Part shown: positions 38,812 to 50,314 of the stretch, in pieces
How positions within the stretch are numbered: the first letter of the stretch is position 1
How the letters are laid out: each line of letters begins with the position of its first letter
Origin: Acanthaster planci
Taxonomy: Eukaryota
Direction of reading: 5' to 3'
Length of the DNA stretch: 64,000 nt
Assembly: GCF_001949145.1 (NCBI RefSeq)
Contig: NW_019091358.1
Coordinates: forward strand, 1,932,240 to 1,996,239
Notes under the pieces: model-generated
What the model saw: only the letters and a program-made list of their open reading frames with translations
The model's database searches: none
Told to the model about the DNA's origin: nothing
Program-made: the position numbers and the translations under genes

Positions 38812-40987
38812 GGTTATAGTGTAATAGTGACCCCTTTTTCCCGAGTTGGCAAGAACGCGGGTTACGGCGTGGCAGTACAAACTCACATTCCAGTGGTGAA
38901 AATTACCGTGCCCGAATCGACGAGGCTATAAAGACAGATAATAAGGACTTGCGTTGAGGATTGGGCGCCGAATAGGTGGGCATGTGACGCGCGTGCGTGA
39001 TGACTCGCTTCCAGCCAGCGCAGGCGAAGAAGATGGACGTGACAGATCTCGAGTCTGCCGCGTTAAGATTGATGAGGGCAAGGAGTTTCACCCATCCACT
39101 TGTGCCCGTTTAAAACCTCGGCCGTCCATCGACAGTTTGGAGTATAGATACCAACCGAGAGGCAGCCTATCACTACACCTAGCACTCTCCCCTTTGTACG
39201 ATTCGCTCAGCTGTCTCACACTAAGGCATGAAGGCTCTCAGATGGAGTTGAATCGATGCTGAAATTATCCGTAATTCAATCAATAGATTGCCACCTATTT
39301 TTATTTTTGCCCCTTACCCTACAGCGCTGGCTTGCAGGGAGGGACGCGTTTGCTGGAAATTAAGATTTCCCGACAGATGTGGCAAGATGGCTCCATAACG
39401 ATTGCGTTAAGTGATCGAATCAATGCACGCTGGAAATTTTGTTTTCAGGCAAATGAGATTACTGTCCAACACAGATAAATTGAACGCATGAAAGTAATGG
39501 CAGGACGATTAAAAAAAACATTGCCAACTTGCTTGGAAGTGGTGCTTTTTTCACTACGGTGACTTGCAGAAAGTGTGCTAAAAATTACTGTCTGAAATCT
39601 CAACGTCAGAGCCAACCGCTGTCCGAATGACACACAAAAAGGAGAATTATCTCCTTGTTTTCCAGACCCAGGCGACTTGTCCTTTTTAAAATCCACCCAA
39701 AGACCAGAGATTTGACCTTGATGAGACTCTGTCTGACACGATGGCTGGAAAACACACAAGATCAAATAACATTCTATTCAAGTCAGGAGAACTTCAACTT
39801 CTACTCTTCCCCCACTTCAGTCTTAAGAGCTCCCAGTCGGTCCGCATGTACAGCATGCATAAAAAGGTCCAATTGTGTTACATGCGAAGTAGAACCGAAA
39901 TATCCACGAGGGCGAGGTTGCAACAGCAGCTTCAATATACTGAGTGACTCCGTTGCAACCAGGATGGGAAAAATGCCCAGGTGATCTTGGGAAATCAAGG
40001 TGTGTTTTAATTGATTGTGACCCTTGAATGCGCTTCGGCAACACGCGTCTTGCTCATCAGGAGATGAGAACAATATTCTATTTGCTTTTTCTTTTTTTTT
40101 CTCTCTCTTTTTTTTTACTGGAACCTGGTGCATGAATCGATTGGTAATGCGACTATGAGGCTCACTGTGCTGTTACGTGTTGAGGAATTTCAGTCTTTGG
40201 ACTGTTTTTTCCTCACTCCAAAAATAGAAATTGGGTTTTGTAGAGTAAAGTGGGAAAAAACGAAGCAGGACAAGACACAGGAATTGGGAAGATGCTGATA
40301 CGAAAAAAATCTATTCAAAGCTCAATTTGAGAATGAAAATCCGATTGGAAGGATCCCGTAGCAGCAATCGGAAAGTGGGCAGTATTAATGTTCCACCAAA
40401 ACACGTTAAACACTATAATCTTCATTTGTTCAGCTCCCTAATCTACCTTCACAGAACGCAAAACTGAGGCTTAAAGGCCAACTCTAACGGTTTTAAATAG
40501 TTTGAAAATAAACTATTATTTTGTTTAGTGTGTAATAAATTATATATATTGGTTACCGTTACCAAATCATGTCTGTATTGCATCTGTATTTTTTGTAGAT
40601 TTGCCGAAACTTTTGAACCGTGTCTTCAAGTTTTATGAAAACTTTCCACAATCTGACCGCTGGCTGCGCTGCTCAGAAACGAAATTTGTATTATGTAAAA
40701 CCGGAGAAAACATTGAATCTAGTATCCACTGCACGACTGGTTCCGCTACAAACGTACATGTACATGAATGAGCTACATGTGTGTGTACTGCTGCTTTCTT
40801 CATGATTTACAATAATGTTGAAATCGTCCGTCATTGGTGGATGTATAAAATAATTCTGCTAAAGAATTAAGATTGAAATTCTTCGAGTTTCCGAAAAGAA
40901 TGAGAACTTCCTTCAAATTGGTGCTGTTGTCCACGGCTTTGTACGTCGCCCCTAAGGAGACAGACACAACGGGATTTTTAAAGATTT

Positions 40988-41336
40988 AATTCCCTCAAAT
41001 TATTATTTTATTCCCTCGAAATCATTTTCGTTCCCTAGAAATATGATTTCGTTCTCTCGAAATATTATGCAATTCTCTTGAAATCCTTTTGTTCCCTCAA
41101 AATAATATTTCGTTCTCTAGAAATATTTTTCGTTCCCTCGAAATATCATTTCGTTCCCTTGAAATCTTTCATTCCCTCGAAATCATTTCATTCCCTCGAA
41201 ATAAGATATTCCGTTCCCTCGAAATACTATTACGTTCCCTCAAATTAATATGTCATTCAATCGAAATATGCTATTTCGTTCCCTCAAAATGTTGATTTTG
41301 TTCCTTCAATGAATTAATTTCATTCCCTTGAAATAT
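40988..41336. repeat. Minisatellite, ~17 units of ~20-21 bp (core TTCCCTCGAAAT)
   Basis: Core counted about 17 times at 18-23 bp spacing. Confidence 0.9.
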
Positions 41337-42563
41337 TTTGTGTAGTTGGCGCCGTTGTCTTACACTCGTATGACAGGAAAATGCTGTCCGATTGAAGTTT
41401 TCACAACTTACCTTGGAGTTACTTCAATCAGGAAGCATTTGCCTTTCCCTAGCAGGTACGTAGACGTTACTCAGCACGATCAACAGTACGCTGTATAGAC
41501 AAATTCGGCGACCAAAATTAGAACCCATTACTATGGGGCGTTTATTTTGTTTTCCTTGGAAGGTTAGGGTTTATAATAAAAAGGGTGTATCTTAACCGTT
41601 GCATTGGCGTTTTTCGTGTGGGAAGGTTCTAAGCAATTATCACAAATGGGGTACACAAACTTGTAAGTATAAGACACAACCAAGCTTCTATTTTAGCCGA
41701 CTTGCAGGAGAGCTCTGCCATAGCCTACTTAGAACCAACAAGCCGAGGGTTCAAGTAATTTTTTTTCTTGGTGGTGAATTAGTTAGTTGGAGGATTTTTT
41801 ATAACAGGAAAGTAAAGCCCAACATTTACCTTAGCACGTAAGTTTCTACGTGTCCACTAAATTGATCGAGGTTGTAGTTAACCATGCAAATTATATGATA
41901 TTTATCCCTAAAAAAAATACATGTTGTTAGTTCTACACAGGCGAAGTGCGGCCGTGAAATTCCTTCTCGACCAAGAGGCAGTAGTCAATACGGGCGATTC
42001 ACAATAGCGCGCCACCAAGAGTTTGCAACATGTTGGCCAATCATAACGCGCGAAATTTGTCGACCCTTTCCAAACGCGCATTGGTCGACAAATTTCGCGC
42101 ACTATGATTGACCAAATTATTGTGAAACGGCCGTATTGCTGAAGTGCTCGCGCGCGCTCGAGACAGCTGCACGATTGTAAATTATGAAGTTCTGTCCGAG
42201 TTATTGAAGCGCTCTCCGTATTAGTCAAAACAAGTGGTCACGAGCAACTCAGTAAAAAATCATGAGGCATGAACGAGTTGCGCGTTATTAGAACAGATGC
42301 ATTATGGGCGCCATTTCAAAGGCCAGCAGTATGCACCACTGATCTCTTTACAGTGGAACACTGAAATAACAAGGTTTTTCGGATTTGACAAATTACCTTG
42401 TTATAACAGTTACCTTGTATTATCAATCAGCAATGAAAAAGAAAGAAACACAAAGAGTTGGGACCAAAACGTGTCTTTGTTAAAAGCATGATGTTGTATT
42501 AACAGTGCTCTTCTTTTCAATGTTGCACTGTACACTTTATAGGCAACTCAACGGTAACTGCCT

Positions 42564-42637
42564 GAGGTCCATGTTGTTAACCTCCACGTGGTGGGCCCTG
42601 GTAACTGTTTTTGGAACTCGATAACAGGCAAATAACA
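42564..42637 (+). ncRNA. HDV-like self-cleaving ribozyme at the 5' end of the retroelement (slightly decayed)
   Basis: P1 GAGGUCC/GGGCCCU (G1-U wobble, one A-C mismatch); P2 UGUUA/UAACA; P3 ACC/GGU with L3 UCCACGU; P1.1 CC/GG; P4 CUGUUUUUG/CGAUAACAG; J4/2 GCAAA with the catalytic C at 42629. Confidence 0.8.
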
Positions 42638-44462
42638 TCAACCTGAGACAACAGCAGCTTCGATATACGTACTATTTCCTCAGAATGGACACTCAACAAT
42701 TGTAACCTGAGACCAACCCAGAACACGTGCCCGCTTTAGGGCAGGCATCACCTGACGTCATACGGGAAGGTACCACATTACTGCATCTTAACGTAGAAGA
42801 TCTCATTAAAGCCAAGATCAACATCCTTGAACATCTCCTTCAGACACTCAAGGTCTCAGCAGTTCTTCTACAGGAGATGCATGTTTCTGATAGCTCTCGT
42901 CTAAACATTCCTGGCTTCACTTTAGCTGCTCATACGACGGGCGATATCCATGGGATTGCTACATTTGTTAAAATTCCGCCAGATGGAAGGCCCTGGCCTC
43001 CAGTCCTTCAGACTCCCCTCTGGAGTGGTCAGCAACCTATGTTGAAGGTGTGACCATTGTTAACATCTATAAACCCCCTTCATTTCGACTGCAGGATGAC
43101 TCACTGCTTATCTTTAAGGCACCCTTCATCTATGCTGGGGGTTTCAATTGCCACAGTGTCACATAGGGCTACAGGGCAACAAACTCAGATGGCACCGCAC
43201 TAGAGGACTGGGCATCCCTAACTGGTCTGCAACTTCTGTATGGCCCCAAGCAGCCTGATAGCTTCCACTCTGGCAGGTGGAATACTAGTAGAAGACCCTG
43301 ACGCACATCCTCTCCCCACATTGGCTCAGCACAACATTGACCAAGCCTACTTAAAGTTCTGCAACCTCCTCATTAGAGCAGCTAAGAATTCGACCCCACG
43401 AAGCTTTTGCCGACGTTACATCCCTACCTGGCATGAGGAATGTGATAACATCTATGATGAGTTCTTACACGCTAACCCTGGGGAGAAGTCATCGTCAAAA
43501 GCCTCTGACCTGACCAGCTGCCTCGATAAGAAGTGCCGGGAGCGATGGGAGAAAACAGTTCAGGGAATAGACTTTACACACTCCAGTACGATTGCCTGGA
43601 AAACTCTCAACTGCCTCACTGGTAGAAGTTCCAAACGTGTCCTTTGACAGTTAATTCCATTGCTCAGCAACTCGTCTTGAATGGCCACTTCAACAATGGC
43701 GACAAGAACAACTTCCGTTCTATGAAACAAGAAACCACCAACCTGTGGCAAGCTCCAGGCGTAGTGGGTGGTTATCAGGCCCCTTCTCGCTCAACGAGAT
43801 AACTGCAGCAATGGCCCAACTCAAGAGTGGCAAGGCTTTTGGACCTGACAACATTCTCCAAGAATTCTTGCTTCATCTTGGGCCAAGATATTGACAGTGG
43901 CTGGTGGAATTCTACTCCTGTTGCCTCACCAATCAATCTATTCCAAAGATGTCAATGTCTGCCAACCTTCAGCTCACTATCAATCTCGATGATACACCTC
44001 TCACGTATAATGCAACGCCAACCTACCTCGGAGTGAAGCTGGACCGTCAACTGACATATAAGCAAAACCTGGAGTCCCTGTCAACACTCGATTTAAACCT
44101 TTTCCGTCACGTAGCTGGCTCAACGTGGGGTGCTAACTACACATCCAGCACGATTCACAGTGCCACCCAAGACGACCCCCCCCGGGCTCGATCCCTCCTC
44201 GCAGGGAGTGGGTATCGCTAAAGCGGATTCGGACTGGTGTGGACCGTTTCAACTCAGCCGGCACCAGTTGGGCTTACGCTCATCAGCTGCCTGTCAGTGT
44301 GATGCACCAGAACAGACAGCTCAACACATCCTGACAAAGTGCCCTGAACTTCGACTTCCCGAAGACCCTGACCTCAGTGAACCCAATCCTGCCACCATGA
44401 GGTGGTTAGAGACCCTTTCAAACACAACCTAGCTGCTGCCAACTCATACTAAAGAAGACAAA
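42564..44462 (+). mobile_element. Degenerate, internally deleted non-LTR retrotransposon of the Ingi/Vingi type (APE endonuclease, RT flanks, C-terminal Cys/His motif)
   Basis: Broken ORF remnants: LHLNVE...LLQEMH...HGIATFV, VNIYKPP...YAGGFNCH...SFHSGRWNT (APE); GKAFGPDNI; TPTYLGVKLDRQLTY; AGSTWGA; CQCDAPEQTAQHILTKCP. 3' end CATACTAAAGAAGA. Perfect TSD GTAACTGCCT at 42554-42563 and 44463-44472. Confidence 0.9.
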
Positions 44463-47461
44463 GTAACTGCCTATGTGTTAATTGAAGTGACTGCGCGGCC
44501 ATCTTAGGATATTCAATACAATGGCCTCCAACTTTAGTCCATTCACTTACTGCATTCATGCACGGAGCTAAAGCCAGTGATGTATTGAATAGTCTAAGAT
44601 GGTTACGCAGTCGCTTCAGATTGCACAGCAGGTAGAGTTGCCCATCCGGTGTATAGAGATCAGTGGTATGCGCGGACGGAATTGCCTGAACACGTGGGGT
44701 ATACAATATACGAATAAACTGTTTATGAACATCCAAAGCAAGATGGCGCCTACATCTGCTCCAATAACACACAACTCATTGTTCATGCCTTATGATTGGT
44801 TATTGAGTTGTGCGAGACCACTTGACTAATACGGAGAACGTTTTAATGACAAAAACGGCCCTTCATAATAAATGGCCCCTCGGAAGGACGTCTCATCGGA
44901 TTTGTCTCTACAGTGTAGTTTACTTTCGCTCGCGTGCACGGTACCACGTTTTACGTACAAATGACAAAATGCTATCTCACAAATCAACGATAACTATCGT
45001 ACCTCAGATGGTAAAATTATCGTGCAGGCAAGTGATAAATATTGTGTGCATACATGCATCATCCTCTATGAGCGTGCTGTGGCCTGGTTACCACACTCCT
45101 AGGAGCTTAATATCCGCCTTCGAAAAATCTATTCTCAATGTTTGCTTTCATTTTTCATTCTTTGCAACATGCAAATTGAACTGTTTTGGGGGCTGATAGT
45201 AACCCTATTGCCTGATGTAAATTATGTATTACGTCAAAGTTGATGATCAATTGTGCCAGTGTTGACCATGAGTCATGGCATATTATTTCGTCAGGCGTCT
45301 ACGTTCACATCGCCTCTTAAAGTAAAGTTGGAGGCTGATGATTACAGCAACTCTAAATCACATGTGTTGTGTTCTTTTGTCATCGAAGCCTACAATCCAA
45401 TGGCAGCTGAAATGTGTTTTCATGAGTAGTTTGGTATTTTCGAGAGTTTTGTTTTGCCAATTTATTGTTGTCTGAAGAAATTTAATGCTAAAATGCACGT
45501 GTTGCTATAACTAACAACTTTAACAAATTGGAGCTTGTAATTCTGTTCCAACCGTCGTTTCACTAACCATGCAGTGTTGATATTTAGGCTTACAGTCATA
45601 AACAACAAGAAAACGGTGTTCTTCTCAACAGTAAAAGCAATGACCATTTGTTTTTCAAAAAGTTCTAAACTCCAGGCAGTTTTACGCGCATGAGTGCCAG
45701 AGAACAACAGATTGTTCTCCTACGGTCATTGTCTGGAGAAGTTTTGCAAACAAGTCGTTTTGCCCATGAAAGCCCCATGAATCACAGATGACAATAGTTT
45801 CACTCTCTTTGGGGAATATCGCATCTCCATTCATCTTTGATCCACGGCCAAATTATGAGTTGGCTGTCCAATGACATTAATTTTGAAAATGCCGCAAACA
45901 AATTGACAGGTCAAAGTTCAATATTTCTATCATTTTCTGTAGATTCTGTTGTTACAACGTGACAGACTTCTGCCCTTCATTTTAGTCCTGCAGTCACAAA
46001 GTCTGTCCAAACACTCGTTTCTCCAATAAGCGTCCACTGTTAAAAAAGTCATACAATATAAATGGAAAATTTTCAGCATAATTACTGTTTCATTAATTTC
46101 TTTAAATGAAGTCCACTTACAAAAGAGAAGTGATACCTCTTACAGGAGGTAAAGAACTCATTACACAAATTTTTAAGGGCTTTGATTTTTTGCATTGTCT
46201 GTGTATTGCCGTAGTAACTTCTATTTATTTATCCTCCTCAGATATTCGATTGTTGCAAGCTCCAGTAATTGCTTATTGGAGGGAGTGGGCACACACACCT
46301 CCCCCCACACACACACCGGTGTACCAACAACGTAGTAAACACATATTCAGGGTTATGGGGCAGATATAGATGTAGGTTGTCTTGACTTGAAGAGTAATGG
46401 AAAATGGTAATGATACCTCGACAAATCCTTCAAAAATGCCAAATAGTGGTAAAAAATATCAGTTAGTGGAGACAAAGCCTCTTAAATATCTGAAATAATT
46501 TCTCCACTATTCCACATATATCAATGATCAGTACCAGCACCAGCGTTCTCACATTGTCTTTCCCTGTCCTTTTTACCTCTTTTGTTATTTGGTACGCATA
46601 ATCGTAATATTTAAGTTTCATTTTATGATTGTCTATTTGACTTTTAATTGAATCTGTTCATCACTTCATAAAATGCATGTAACGAAGCGAGTTTCCTTTC
46701 AAAGAACCGATACATGATATTGAATCAAACAGCAAAAATTGCCACTTTTTCTGACTTTAAACCAAGAAAACCAATCAAGAGAAAAGCTATTACAGTTTTT
46801 ACCTTCGCAAATTAAAACTAATTTGTAGAAAGCGCCGGCTTGGATTTCAATGCATTTCGAATCCTGGGGCAATGCTACTCATTAATATACCCTCTTGGGT
46901 GAAATGAAGAGCTGCACATCATTCGGTTGTTGGTCTTGCACTCATTTCCGCAGTGCCTAGAAAGAAGAGACGGGGCAGATGCAAAGGGGGTATTCCTGAT
47001 TTTCCCCTGTCTCCCATGGGCTCCCGTAACACGCACTACATTAACCTGTCAATCGATAATGTACATGGACTATGAGAGGAATCACAGTGCATGACCACGC
47101 GCTCGCGTTTGGGGAGTTTTTAATCCCGCCACCGCGGGGACAGCGCGGCAGGAACGAAGCGATCGATCTGGCATGGCAAACAGAAATGATTGCAGTGCTA
47201 TGCTGCAGGATCGAATACAACCACAAGGCCGGGAGAACACATTCAGATACAGGGGCCCCTGCGTAGGCCTCAGTATGTTCGTGCGCTGGGTTCACGACAC
47301 GCTGGTAAACATAACCTCTAGGTCAAGTAAAAAAAAACGAAAATTAAGAAACAGTCCAACTAAACTAAACGACAACCAAACTGTAAGGCATGTCATTGAG
47401 AGCAGCCCTGTTTTGACCTGACTTGGGGAAGTTTTTAATCACATGTAGACAGCGTGGGGTC

Positions 47462-47601
47462 CAGTGATAACTTCTGGGTGGCAGCAAATGCCCGTGCCCC
47501 CCCTTGGAAAGTTAACTTTTATTATCGTTTGGTGTCCCTTAGAAACAAATGTGTGCACCCCCAGCTGCCACCCGGACATAACAGCCCTAGTTACGCCACT
47601 G
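47462..47601. mobile_element. Small hAT-like MITE
   Basis: CAGTG(A)TAAC...GTTACGCCACTG termini, 8-bp TSD GTGGGGTC/GTGGGGTT. Confidence 0.7.
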
Positions 47602-48533
47602 GTGGGGTTTGTGGCAATTTTGGATCCTAGGCGCTCTGTGGTGCAATTTCAGGCAGAATTCCGCTTTCTTCTTTTCGCCCCTCTTCTTCTTGTTTTATTT
47701 ATTTATTTGTCTATTTATTTATTTGTGTGAAAAAGGGGGTTGGGGATCCGCCCTGCTAATTCGCATAAGCTACGTCCCCACAAAAAAGCTCAGTTTCTGT
47801 TCATTTGGTCAGAAGTAAATTATTTCAGGTTGGAAAACAAATCATAAACGCTCCTTCGGACTGACAGCATTTGAACCCCTGCAGACAAAGAAAAAACATT
47901 GTAGCCGTGCCTTTCACGCTCAATTACCCGGCACGTGTTCCCGCAGTCAACCCGAACACTTTAATTCCGGAGGCCCTCAGAGATCGTCCCGCGTTAATGC
48001 AAGGGGTTCCAACGGCAGGAAATTAGCCTCAAGATCCAAAGAAAGAGGGAGGAAAAAATCCAAAGTAGAAATAGTTCGATCGATATTTTTTCAGAGATTG
48101 TGGCGCGACGTGCAAGCAATTGCTTTTTCATTGCCGCACCATCGGACCCCTGTTGCCTCATCTTTGACTGTCTTAGTCGTAGAGGGCAGCGACTTAATTT
48201 TGGCTTCTGTGTCAGTTGCTACAAACGAGGGATATTTCAATGTACCATCATTCAGGGCTAGATGTAAGCAGGAGGTTGACAGTTTTGATGCTTATTTCCT
48301 CAGAAACTGTCCAAATGTAGCTTGTAAGAGAGAGTGTTATTGGGTGGTATGGCGGATGCCTATACCCCGACGTCACATTACTGTTACGAATGACAATTTT
48401 CTGAACTTAATTAATTAACAGTGCTTTGTAATGCTTATCCATGCGAAAGCAAGACCCCGCCCCCCCATAAAACAGAAACAAAAACAATCGCGGTCTCTAT
48501 ACATCCGAGGAGGTCTTCTTAGTTGTACGCTTT

Positions 48534-48882
48534 GGAACGTGTGGCCTGGTGGTCGGGGTTTGTAAACTTGGTCTGTATCCGGGTTTGTGTTTGAATCCTG
48601 CGCTGGAGCCCAGATTTTGACCTTGGTCAGGTCACTTTGCTCTGACTTGCGTCCACCCGGGAGTGCAAATGGGTACCTGTGAGAGCAGAGAGGGTAACTG
48701 CAGTTAATTGCCCTGGTCGTGCTTGAGTTTAGTTGCACCAATGGTTGTGTACTTTAAGGAGTTGATAGGTTCATAGGAATATTTATGGGTCCAAGGTGCA
48801 GGACCGTATTTTGAAAAACGCACTGAAAGATGAAGGACCGTCTGTACTGAAATGCACTATACAAATACATCAAACATTATTA
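48534..48882 (+). mobile_element. tRNA-derived SINE (degenerate)
   Basis: Box A-like GTGGCCTGGTGG, box B-like GTTTGAATCC, central CCTTGGTCAGGTCACTT and CCACCCGGGAGTGCAAATGGGTACC motifs typical of metazoan SINEs, LINE-like tail GCACTATACAAAT...ATTATTA. Confidence 0.7.
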
Positions 48883-50256
48883 GTTACGAGAATTCACAAG
48901 GATATGCCAGGAGTAGTTAACCAAACTGTGGCTTTTCATACAAACTTCTTCGTCCTATGGTTTCCGGGATTGAGGGTACCAGTGTTCAGCAAACCAGACG
49001 CAAACAACGCGTGGGCAATGTTTTTGTCTCTGAAGAATGCCAGTGTTCTGAATTTGGCACCCTAGCTACACTGTAAGGATTCCCAATAATACATTATACC
49101 CGCATTACTGAGTTTTAGGTTTATACGGTTTCGCTTGACAAGTCGGGTAACTATATGCGAACCAGTAAAGTCAATACGATGATTAACTGTGTCTGCAACA
49201 GTCAGCAGTAACCAAAAGAACGCTTTGGCACTGATTGCTTTAATTTTTAATTGATAAAAAGGAGAGCAACAAAGCTTTTCAAACTGAAACAGGTGAACAA
49301 TCGTGACGGCATCTAATAACTGTACAGCAGGTTTAGCGCAACAGAGATATAATTATATGTATGACGATACCTTTTCTGAATCAAATGTTACTGCTTTAAA
49401 AAGAAAAACAAATCTGATATAGCTGCTGTAAACTTAAAGGTCAACAAAGGAAATAGTCTTCCTAATCCCTGATGCAGTCAAAGGACAATGCCATGGGGCT
49501 TGTGACCTCAGGCAAGATGCTTTTCAATAAGGAAAACAGATATCAAAGCGCCTCTTATTCCAAGTCCTTGACACATTATGACGATATTTTTTTTGACAAA
49601 ACAAAACAAACTCAGGCCATAAACCACCTTGGTAATTTGATTTGTTTTTGAGGCAATTTTTTTTCTGATAGTATCTCAGGGGCAAACTAATCGTTCTCCC
49701 ACCAGAAGAAGAGGACAAATTCTTGACGCGCCACATTCCGTTTGTGCTTAATGAAGCCAATTAAGACACTGGAAACTAAAATTGATTGAGCACTTTGCAG
49801 TCAGATAATTTCGCTAATGCTGGAACATCGATTCCCGCATTTGACTCAGCGGTCGATTGCTAAGGGACAGGATAGTATTCTGGTCCCATTATACAGTGAC
49901 CAGGCCAAACTGCAATTCACATACCCTGTGCGTAAAATGCCAGCAGACAATTGAATGGTGACGTAACGTTGTCAGGCCACCAATCCAAATTCCTGGAGGA
50001 ACAATCCCATTGTGTTGACTGAATTCAACAGTTACCACGTACTTTACGTATGGAGACCAGAGTGGTCATATCTGGATTAGGCAAAATGCAAACGTAGGCT
50101 GATTTCATTTTCGTCAACTGTTATGTTTTCTAGGAGTATTGGCCTTATCAGAGAATACCGCCGTTATCCCTCTCTAAAGGGAGGAATTCACCCAAACTGT
50201 CGGCGTGTAAAGAATCTGAATCTTGCTGGTAGAAACATTTCGATCAGGAGTACAGG

Positions 50257-50314
50257 ATGGCATCCAATATAATTTGGCTCGGACTTCTGCTCGTTTTTTG
50301 TGGTGTTCTGAAAG
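50257..50314 (+). CDS. Gene B first coding exon (signal peptide MASNIIWLGLLLVFCGVLKG)
   Basis: AGGATGG start context, hydrophobic core, consensus phase-1 donor AAG|GTAAGT. Confidence 0.8.

Noticed and set aside
37635..41336. CRISPR-like appearance of the two repeat arrays with variable spacers
   Set aside because: Eukaryotic context, degenerate repeats, spacers only about 8-12 nt, and no cas genes.
42685..42726. In-frame ETNPEH upstream of the APE domain, resembling the 2A motif DxExNPGP found in some Ingi elements
   Set aside because: The D-V/I and G-P residues are absent, a stop codon lies two codons earlier, and the ATG is too close to allow the upstream 2A helix. It would need the family consensus to revive.
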